From assembly GCF_000011805.1 (NCBI RefSeq), contig NC_006841.2: DNA of 32,000 bases; one strand, written 5' to 3'. The position numbers and the translations under genes were made by a program. This DNA comes from Aliivibrio fischeri ES114 (GTDB lineage: Bacteria > Pseudomonadota > Gammaproteobacteria > Enterobacterales > Vibrionaceae). Positions 18,022 through 24,943 of the stretch are shown one piece after another (position 1 is the stretch's first letter; the number at the start of each line of letters is the position of its first letter). The notes below the pieces were generated by a model, which saw only the letters and a program-made list of their open reading frames with translations, ran no database searches and was not told where the DNA came from.

Positions 18022-19198
18022 GATTTAAACGCCAACATAAAGCAAAAATAATCATATATAGAAAACCGGCTCCAATCATCACCGCATTCCACCCACCATG
18101 CTGCCAACAATACATTAGATAAAAACCACCTAAGCTACCACTGACATAATAATGCACTAAGTATAATGCTGTTGCTGTAGATTTAGCCGTTTCTGCTTGC
18201 TGACTCACCCAACCATAAGCCAAGGAATGAGTAAAAAACGCACCAAAACTTAATACATTTAAACCAATGACCATTGTAATTAAAGAGTCATTTGTCGTAA
18301 TAACCATTCCAATTAAACTAATGAGTGTCCCTACAAACATACCAAATACAGAACTAAAGCGTTGACTCCATAGTCCAACTAACCTTGAGCTTACAGTGCC
18401 GGATAGATAACAAAGAAAAATCATAGAAGTGACGCTTAAAGGTAAAGAGTAAGGCTCAGCAATTAGTCGAAAGCCAATAACAGAATAAAGGTTTACAAAT
18501 AAAGCGAAGTTGACTCCTCCAATAAGCATAGCAAGAAAGAGACGTCGATTTCGTAAATGCTGCACAACAACTCTGACATAAGAAGATAATTCAGCTTTAT
18601 TTAAAGCTTTATCACCCTCTTTAGGCAATAAAATAGCGACAAGCATGGCACCAATCAAACTCAGGGCAGCCATAAATATCACCGCTGTTTGCCAATCAAA
18701 ATAGTCGGTTATAATTCCGCCAAACAACCGTCCTGAAATCCCGCCTAGTGAGTTGGCGCTAATATAAGCCCCTATCGCATAACTGAAGGCTTTTGCTGTA
18801 AACGCTTCAGCCATATAAGCAACGGCAACAGCCGTAAATCCGGCTAAAGCCATTCCCATAACGGCACGACTTAAGATTAATATAGCTAGATGACTTGTTA
18901 ATAAAGACAATAAACCAATGACTGGCAAGAGAAATAAACTCAATAACATCACATTACGACGACCAATAAAATCAGAAGCGATAGCCCAAGGTAGCAACAT
19001 AAAAGCTAAGGTGAATGTTCCAGCAGCTAACAACCAATTGATTTTAGTTGCAGATACCGAAAAATGTTCTGCCAAAACAGGAAGCATTGGCTGAAACAAA
19101 TATAAATTACAAAAAACAATAAAAGACCCAAATGCAAGAGCTGCACTTACTTGATAATAGGCCTTACTTTTAAACTCAATCATCTTAGTGATCGCCAT
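17990..19198 (-). CDS. MFS transporter (12-TM, drug/metabolite efflux type)
   Basis: 402-aa hydrophobic protein with the MFS loop motif DFIGRRNVM between TM2 and TM3. It is divergent from a LysR regulator gene. Confidence 0.85.
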   Translation of the reverse strand: MAITKMIEFKSKAYYQVSAALAFGSFIVFCNLYLFQPMLPVLAEHFSVSATKINWLLAAGTFTLAFMLLPWAIASDFIGRRNVMLLSLFLLPVIGLLSLLTSHLAILILSRAVMGMALAGFTAVAVAYMAEAFTAKAFSYAIGAYISANSLGGISGRLFGGIITDYFDWQTAVIFMAALSLIGAMLVAILLPKEGDKALNKAELSSYVRVVVQHLRNRRLFLAMLIGGVNFALFVNLYSVIGFRLIAEPYSLPLSVTSMIFLCYLSGTVSSRLVGLWSQRFSSVFGMFVGTLISLIGMVITTNDSLITMVIGLNVLSFGAFFTHSLAYGWVSQQAETAKSTATALYLVHYYVSGSLGGFYLMYCWQHGGWNAVMIGAGFLYMIIFALCWRLNHYAQAKVAWA

Positions 19199-19284
19199 TA
19201 GAAAACTGTACTAAAACTGTAGCAACTCCATTTGAATAGTGAAAATATATTATAATTATCATTTCAATAGCATTTGGTTATCAC

Positions 19285-20154
19285 ATGGACACTCGACTTC
19301 TTACTTATTTTGTCTCTATTGCTGAACACAAAAATATGACGCACGCAGCTCGTGCTCTACACATTGCTCAACCAGCACTAAGCGTTGCGATAAAAAAACT
19401 AGAGACCCAATTAGAGCTGGAGCTATTTCGTAGAGATGAGAGAAAAATGATACTGACTCATGAAGGGGAAGTATTACTGACTCATGCAAAACAGATCCTA
19501 CAACAGTTGGACGACGCCACTTTGGCGATGAAAGAGTTACGAGGTTTAGAAAAAGGAGAGGTGCGCTTAGGCGTGCCAAGCATCATGGGAACCTATTATT
19601 TCCCTGATGTTTTAATGGCATTTAAAAGTCGTTATCCAAAATTAAAACTCACCATTGTTGATGCGGGTGCTCAATCAATACAAAAAATGCTACTTGATGG
19701 TGAGATTGATCTTGGAATAACACAAATACGAAACCTGCCTGATGAACTGGATTCTGATCATTTACTTCGATCCCAAATGGTCGCTGTCGTCAGTAACGAG
19801 CATGAATTTTCTGATAAAAAATCACTCACTTTTTCCGAGTTTTTCTCTCAAGAGTTAGTGATGTTCAAACAAGGATACTTTCATCGAGAAAAACTGGATG
19901 CCATCTGTAAACAAGAAGGATTAAATGCAAACTTTTCTTTTGAAACCAATCTACTAGCGGTAATAATGAAAATTGTAAAACGTGATTTTGCCATTAGTGC
20001 ATTATTAGAATTAGCCACAGAAAATGAGCCCGATATCGTTTCTATTCCATTTAGTGAGCCTATCTATCTGGATATATCCATCGCATGGAGAAAGAACGGC
20101 TATCTATCTAGAGCTGATAGAACCTTTCTCGAATTCGTGAAACAAAATCATTAG
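19285..20154 (+). CDS. LysR-family transcriptional regulator
   Basis: MDTRLLTYFVSIAEHKNMTHAARALHIAQPALSVAIKKLE is a canonical LysR HTH. The protein is 289 aa. Confidence 0.9.
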   Translation: MDTRLLTYFVSIAEHKNMTHAARALHIAQPALSVAIKKLETQLELELFRRDERKMILTHEGEVLLTHAKQILQQLDDATLAMKELRGLEKGEVRLGVPSIMGTYYFPDVLMAFKSRYPKLKLTIVDAGAQSIQKMLLDGEIDLGITQIRNLPDELDSDHLLRSQMVAVVSNEHEFSDKKSLTFSEFFSQELVMFKQGYFHREKLDAICKQEGLNANFSFETNLLAVIMKIVKRDFAISALLELATENEPDIVSIPFSEPIYLDISIAWRKNGYLSRADRTFLEFVKQNH

Positions 20155-20365
20155 AAGCTACATCAAGAAGCACGAAAAGTTCCCTAAAATCACCCCTCAT
20201 AAATGCAAAGTATGACTACCAAATTTGGTACTGACATTACTAAAGATTAGTGGAATATTAAATCTTACTTACTTTCTAGGTCAGTAATGAAAGTAATTAC
20301 AAGATGATAATGAAGATTAAAAACAACAGCGCGAAACACTGTTTGCTAATAAATGAGGTGTCACA

Positions 20366-20977
20366 ATGAAAAAATATATTCCTGTTCTATTTGCTCTAAG
20401 TGCTGTATCTGGTGTTAGTTATGCAGGTACAACAAAACAAAGTGATTCTGTTAATTACTTACAAATGCGTAATGGCATTGCCTATCAAGTAAACCAAGAG
20501 ACACCTTATACAGGGAAATTTGTTCAAAAATACGATAACGGACAAATCTCAACAAAAGCTCAATTCAAAGATGGCGTTGAAATTGGTACAGAAAGTAATT
20601 GGTATCCAAATGGCCAAATGGCTTCAAAACTTAATTATAAAGATGGCAAGCTTGATGGTTTAATGCAAACTTGGTACGTGAATGGTCAGAAAAAAACAGA
20701 ATTCACGTATAAAAATAATCAGTTAGATGGCCAAGCAACACGTTGGTATGACAATGGTGAAAAAAATCTAACCGTTAATTACGATAATGGCCAAAAAGAT
20801 GGCCTATACACCAGCTACTACGCTAATGGTAAAAAAGCCACTCAAGCAAATTACGACGATGGCAAAATCAAAGATGGCTCAGTTACCCAATGGAATAATC
20901 ATGGTGACAAAGTAGAGCAATTAACCTTCAAAAACCAAAAAGTCGTGTCAGAGCAAACATGGATGCCAGAGAGTTAA
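20366..20977 (+). CDS. Secreted MORN-variant repeat protein (YwqK-like)
   Basis: A signal peptide (MKKYIPVLFALSAVSGVSYA) is followed by about six tandem repeats of about 23 aa with the pattern W/Y-Y-x-N-G-x-K/x...Y-K/D-x-G-x-x-D-G. A gaggtg SD is present. Confidence 0.8.
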   Translation: MKKYIPVLFALSAVSGVSYAGTTKQSDSVNYLQMRNGIAYQVNQETPYTGKFVQKYDNGQISTKAQFKDGVEIGTESNWYPNGQMASKLNYKDGKLDGLMQTWYVNGQKKTEFTYKNNQLDGQATRWYDNGEKNLTVNYDNGQKDGLYTSYYANGKKATQANYDDGKIKDGSVTQWNNHGDKVEQLTFKNQKVVSEQTWMPES

Positions 20978-21138
20978 TGCTGTTTGTAGTAAGATTCTAT
21001 CGTAAATAATACTATTAAATATTAGAGTTGTCTTATTTATATTAGTTTGTTTAAACAATCAACATATCACGTCGAAAATGAAATAAAAAGACGTAATTAA
21101 ATTCCAAAATCAATTTATTACACTTAAATAAATAAAAC

Positions 21139-21177
21139 GATGAGCACGTACTATATTTATAATAATACATGCTCATC
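21139..21177. repeat. Inverted repeat (11/12 bp arms) upstream of the Mor-like gene
   Basis: gatgagcacgta (21139-21150) and tacatgctcatc (21166-21177) are separated by a 15-nt AT spacer. The repeat lies about 105 bp upstream of the ATG at 21283. Confidence 0.4.
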
Positions 21178-21282
21178 AATTGGAGAGCATTGCTAATAGG
21201 GAAATACTTCCTCATAGCCATTATTACTGTAAACTGATTTGATTACACCTCCTTATTAATCCCCTAAAAAAAGGAGTAAATA

Positions 21283-21666
21283 ATGCAGAAAAAAAGTAAT
21301 GATCTCATTAAACAATATCTATTAAATACAAATGTCGAAACACTACCAAAACAGCTAAAAGAATTGGTTGAACTAATTGGACCAATTGATACATATATAT
21401 TTATTAGCCACTACGGAGGGCAAATAAAATACATAGCAAAAAATCCATCAAGAACAAAAATGAAACATATAATGAACGAAAAAGCACTTAAACATCTGTG
21501 TGCCAATTACGGAGGGTCAACAATCGAAGTACCAAAACAAGAACATTTAGAGCGGCAAATTAGAAATAAATTAATAAAAAATGCGAGTATGAAAGGTATT
21601 TCACGCTCACAATTAGCGACTCAATTCAATCTAAGCGTTAGGCATATCGGTAATATAAAAAAATAG
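21283..21666 (+). CDS. Mor/C-family (phage Mu middle/late activator-like) transcriptional regulator
   Basis: The 127-aa protein compares with Mu Mor at 129 aa. ANYGGSTIEVPKQEHLERQIRNKLIKNASMKGISRSQLATQFNLSVRHIGNIKK aligns with Mor HLGGGQVYIPRGQALDSLIRDLRIWNDFNGRNVSELTTRYGVTFNTVYKAIRR. A strong aaggag SD is present. Confidence 0.7.
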   Translation: MQKKSNDLIKQYLLNTNVETLPKQLKELVELIGPIDTYIFISHYGGQIKYIAKNPSRTKMKHIMNEKALKHLCANYGGSTIEVPKQEHLERQIRNKLIKNASMKGISRSQLATQFNLSVRHIGNIKK

Positions 21667-21670
21667 CGGT

Positions 21671-21701
21671 TTTAGGGGGAAGTCATATCATTCCCCCTAA
21701 A
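21671..21701 (-). terminator. Hairpin between the convergent Mor-like gene and the minus-strand operon
   Basis: ttagggggaa (21672-21681) pairs with ttccccctaa (21691-21700). On the minus strand a T7 run follows 7 nt later, which is non-canonical spacing. Confidence 0.45.
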
Positions 21702-21704
21702 TAG

Positions 21705-21977
21705 TTAAAGTACAGGTTTTCTTTTAAATCCTATATGATAAGCAACATGTTGAGATATAACTGTATTTTCTCCTATTTTTATCACTTTAAATCCAGAATC
21801 TTTACCAATCAAAATACCTTTAGGGTGAATATCTAAGTAATGATTCAATTTATCTATTTGTCGTTGCATAAAATCATCATCATCAGGATTGTTGGGGTTA
21901 TAACGACCAATAACTATCCGTTCGATATAACGAACATCCGTTAAATCTAAAACAGAGGAGTTCCTATCTGATAGCAT
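21705..21977 (-). CDS. Hypothetical 90-aa protein, third gene of the islet minus-strand operon
   Basis: The ORF starts 20 bp after the upstream gene, with an aagg SD. It has an acidic patch (NPNNPDDDDF) and a beta-rich C-terminus. I recognise no family. Confidence 0.6.
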   Translation of the reverse strand: MLSDRNSSVLDLTDVRYIERIVIGRYNPNNPDDDDFMQRQIDKLNHYLDIHPKGILIGKDSGFKVIKIGENTVISQHVAYHIGFKRKPVL

Positions 21978-21997
21978 ATTTTATTGCCTTATTTTAT

Positions 21998-22849
21998 TTA
22001 TGCAGCACTCTTACTTTCTTTTATATTTGCATCTTTTTCATCTTGCAAGGCCATATTTGCTTGTTGTAACTCTATTTCAGCATCTACAACCGCTATATTT
22101 GATTCATTTACCTTTTTTTCTAATTCACTTGTATCACTTTTCGGGTTCTTTAACTTACTTTGTTCTAGTTTCATTTGCTGTAAAGTCAAATCAGCTTTAG
22201 CCTTGGCTACTTTTTTTCGAGCCTGAGCGACTGCAATTGCACGCTGACCACTCGCCTTCACCTTACCGGAGCGCTCAATAGACTTTGGTGCAACTGACCC
22301 TCCTATAATATCTAATACACGCATCAATCCCTCAGGAGTTCCAGATTGTGATGCATGCACAGCAACATGATATTTGGCAGAATTATCGCTTGATCGAGTA
22401 TTTTCTTTATGTGATGCAACACTTCCTGAAACACTAGCAGTCAAACTAAAAGGTCCCCAACCAACAGATGCTTTAGCTGAAAATTCTCCTTTTTTATCTT
22501 CTGTTTCATGATAAGTTTCTGATGACTTAACTTCCATATCAAATGTAATATCAACCTCATCAACCATTAAACTTGGTACATTTACAATCGCAAGAACAGG
22601 AACTTCTAAACCCACTTTTTCTTGTTCAATAATATCATTATCTAAACCATCCTTGCCTGTAACCACATTTCGTACATACGAAAAATCCGCCGTTCGTGTT
22701 TTTGCACCATCAAAACCAACATTCTGAATAAAATCAACAGTCGAACGTGCTAACATAATTTGTGAGTCACATGCTGCTTTTAAAGGTGAACCAATTAAAC
22801 TTTCCATTGGTAAACCTGAAAATTGATTTTGCATACTTTCTAAAGCCAT
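21998..22849 (-). CDS. Unknown-function protein, long paralogue (DUF2589-like from memory) with a coiled-coil tail
   Basis: 283-aa protein with an aggaaa SD. It contains GLPMESLIGSPLKAACDSQ and VGLEVPVLAIVNVPSLMVDEVDITFDMEV blocks and an amphipathic hairpin FSAKASVGWGPFSLTASVSGSVAS. Residues about 200-283 form a Lys/Glu/Ala/Gln-rich heptad-like tail. Confidence 0.8.
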   Translation of the reverse strand: MALESMQNQFSGLPMESLIGSPLKAACDSQIMLARSTVDFIQNVGFDGAKTRTADFSYVRNVVTGKDGLDNDIIEQEKVGLEVPVLAIVNVPSLMVDEVDITFDMEVKSSETYHETEDKKGEFSAKASVGWGPFSLTASVSGSVASHKENTRSSDNSAKYHVAVHASQSGTPEGLMRVLDIIGGSVAPKSIERSGKVKASGQRAIAVAQARKKVAKAKADLTLQQMKLEQSKLKNPKSDTSELEKKVNESNIAVVDAEIELQQANMALQDEKDANIKESKSAA

Positions 22850-22864
22850 ATTAATTTCCTTTAT

Positions 22865-23413
22865 TTAATGTGAAGTATTAACTTCGGGAGGTGTCATCTC
22901 TGATGACGAATCTGAAACAATTTTTTTAGGTATAATTTGAGTATTAAATTTATCTATAATTTTCATCACACACTCAGGAGCGTCACTTGATTTAAATTTC
23001 ACTTTAAAATCAATAAAATCCTTATTTATTTCACCTTTATTTCGATGACTTGGTGAAATATCTACAATTAATTTTGGATATTTATCTTTAAAATCTTGCT
23101 GTAAATTATCAGTATCAACACCAGTGACTCGAACTGAAAAATCAACACCTAATTCATCAAGATAAAGGCCTTTCGCATCTGTAACTGCGATTAAAGGCAT
23201 AGTTATTTCATGCTCATCATCTAGCATTAACTTGATTGTTTTTGGTTTATATGTGCATTTTTCTTCATCATAATCAAAATATTGTGAAATTAAGTTTTGA
23301 TAGTGAGATAAATTCATATCACTTGCGCTATTAGCTACATAATTTAAACCTCTTATAATTCCATCTAAAAACTGTGGTGAAATCGGTTTATTATTTCTTC
23401 CAAAAATATTCAT
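22865..23413 (-). CDS. Unknown-function protein, short paralogue (DUF2589-like from memory)
   Basis: 182-aa first gene of the operon. It shares three blocks with the downstream gene: HEITMPLIAVTDAKGLYLDELGVDFSVRV, the N-terminal LDGIIRGLNYVANSA, and the C-terminal APECVMKIIDKF. Confidence 0.8.
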   Translation of the reverse strand: MNIFGRNNKPISPQFLDGIIRGLNYVANSASDMNLSHYQNLISQYFDYDEEKCTYKPKTIKLMLDDEHEITMPLIAVTDAKGLYLDELGVDFSVRVTGVDTDNLQQDFKDKYPKLIVDISPSHRNKGEINKDFIDFKVKFKSSDAPECVMKIIDKFNTQIIPKKIVSDSSSEMTPPEVNTSH

Positions 23414-23422
23414 AACATAACC

Positions 23423-23452
23423 TTTATTATTAAATGATGAGAAAATAATAAA
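23423..23452. repeat. Perfect 9-bp inverted repeat in the divergent control region of the islet
   Basis: tttattatt (23423-23431) and aataataaa (23444-23452) flank the 12-nt spacer aaatgatgagaa. The arms are AT-only, so statistical weight is low. Confidence 0.3.
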
Positions 23453-23474
23453 CCATATAATTTTATAAAATAAT

Positions 23475-24932
23475 ATGGAAATAATTCCAAATACTAAAAA
23501 AATTAAAAAAGTACATTTTAGTCAACAAATAAATAATAAGAGTAACTTTATGCTAAAATTAACAAATTTATTCGCTTTTTTATTATTGACACTTGTAATC
23601 ACTACAATCAGTCAATTTATTTTTGTTCCAGAGATAATATATTTAAGTAGTACTAATAATAAATCTAATAAAAATACGTTAGAAAAGATAAAAAAGAGAG
23701 GTTTTTTATTAGTTGCAACAAAGCTTGATGGTGTTGGTTGTTACTATAAACGAGGACAACTTAGAGGTATTGAATGTGAATTATTACAAGAATATGCTAA
23801 CTATCTTGATGTTGAATTAAACATTCTTTTTTTTCCAGACTTACATAGTCTTTTTACGGCATTAGACAATAAAAGGGTTGATATTATAGCTTCAGATCTC
23901 ACACCAAACAATGAACGTAAAAAAAAATTCTTGTTTTCTAATGCATTATTTCATACTGAAGAATGGCTAATACAAAGAAAAGACAACGCTATATCAAATT
24001 TAAAGCAATTAAATGGAAAAACAATTTCTATAAGAAAAGGAACTACTTATAAGGATGTGATCTTAACATTACAACAGGAAATGAACATAAATATTAAAAT
24101 AGAATTACTTCCCGAAACCCTATCAACATTAGAAATCATTAAAGGTGTTGCGAATAGTATTTGGAGCTACACCTTAGCAGATCAACACATTGCACAAAAT
24201 CAACATGCACAATATCCCCAATTAAGCCCACCATTAACAATAGGGCAACCACGAGAAATTAGTCTAGCTTTATTCAAAGATGATAAAGAATTATTATTAC
24301 ACTTAAATTCTTGGCTAGCGAATAAAAAAGCTAAGGATATCCTTAATAAAAAAAATAGAACTGATATAAAAAAACAATATTTAATCACACCTTGGGACAA
24401 TATATTCAAAAAGAATGCTTCTCAACCATTTGATTGGTTATGGTTAACTTCACAGGCTTTCGCTGAATCTTCATTTGATCCAAATGCAATCTCCTCCTCT
24501 GGTGCAAAAGGATTAATGCAATTAATGCCAGAAACAGCGAAAGATATGGGTGTAACGCAATTATTTGATCCAAATGAAAATATTAAAGGTGGCGCAAAAT
24601 ATAATAAATGGCTGTATAAAACCTATTGGAATTATTTACCAGAAAAAGAAGCTCTTGCCTTTACGTTTGCATCTTATAATGCTGGTGTTGGACATATAAT
24701 AGATGCACAAAGATTAGCTTTAAGAAACGGAGATGATCCAAACGTTTGGTTTAATAGTGTTGAAAACCATATTATCAAACTAGAAAAAAAATCCATATTT
24801 ACTCTACCATATATTAAATATGGTTACTGTAGAGGTAGTGAAACCAAATCTTATGTTAGAAAAATCTTTTTTCAAAAAAGAATATATTCTAATAATAAAG
24901 CCCTATTAAATAAACAACATCTAAATAATTAA
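23475..24932 (+). CDS. MltF-like membrane-bound lytic murein transglycosylase (SBP_bac_3-like domain plus SLT domain)
   Basis: The N-terminal domain is collinear with E. coli MltF: IKKRGFLLVAT, GIECELLQEYANYLDVELNI, LFTALDNKRVDIIASDLTPNNERKKKF. The SLT catalytic block is SQAFAESSFDPNAISSSGAKGLMQLMPETAKDMGV, with the Glu codon at 24465..24467. The hydrophobic anchor is LFAFLLLTLVITTISQFIF. The start is either 23475 or, more plausibly, 23550 (MLKLTN). Confidence 0.85.
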   Translation: MEIIPNTKKIKKVHFSQQINNKSNFMLKLTNLFAFLLLTLVITTISQFIFVPEIIYLSSTNNKSNKNTLEKIKKRGFLLVATKLDGVGCYYKRGQLRGIECELLQEYANYLDVELNILFFPDLHSLFTALDNKRVDIIASDLTPNNERKKKFLFSNALFHTEEWLIQRKDNAISNLKQLNGKTISIRKGTTYKDVILTLQQEMNINIKIELLPETLSTLEIIKGVANSIWSYTLADQHIAQNQHAQYPQLSPPLTIGQPREISLALFKDDKELLLHLNSWLANKKAKDILNKKNRTDIKKQYLITPWDNIFKKNASQPFDWLWLTSQAFAESSFDPNAISSSGAKGLMQLMPETAKDMGVTQLFDPNENIKGGAKYNKWLYKTYWNYLPEKEALAFTFASYNAGVGHIIDAQRLALRNGDDPNVWFNSVENHIIKLEKKSIFTLPYIKYGYCRGSETKSYVRKIFFQKRIYSNNKALLNKQHLNN

Positions 24933-24943
24933 GAAGTCATCAT

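Noticed and set aside
21705-21977. Faint resemblance of the 90-aa protein C-terminus (ENTVISQHVAYHIGF) to the Hfq Sm2 region (KNTVSQMVYKHAIST)
   Set aside because: The match needs an indel, covers only about 13 residues and the upstream Sm1 region does not align. This is too weak to call an Sm-like protein without a profile or structure comparison.
21984-22226. Two plus-strand ORFs (80 aa at 21984..22226 and 66 aa at 22000..22200) inside the islet
   Set aside because: They lie antisense to the Lys/Glu/Ala-rich tail of the 283-aa gene. Their Phe/Leu/Ser/Cys-rich low-complexity products are what the reverse complement of AAA/GAA/GCT-rich codons produces. They have no SD and no independent support.
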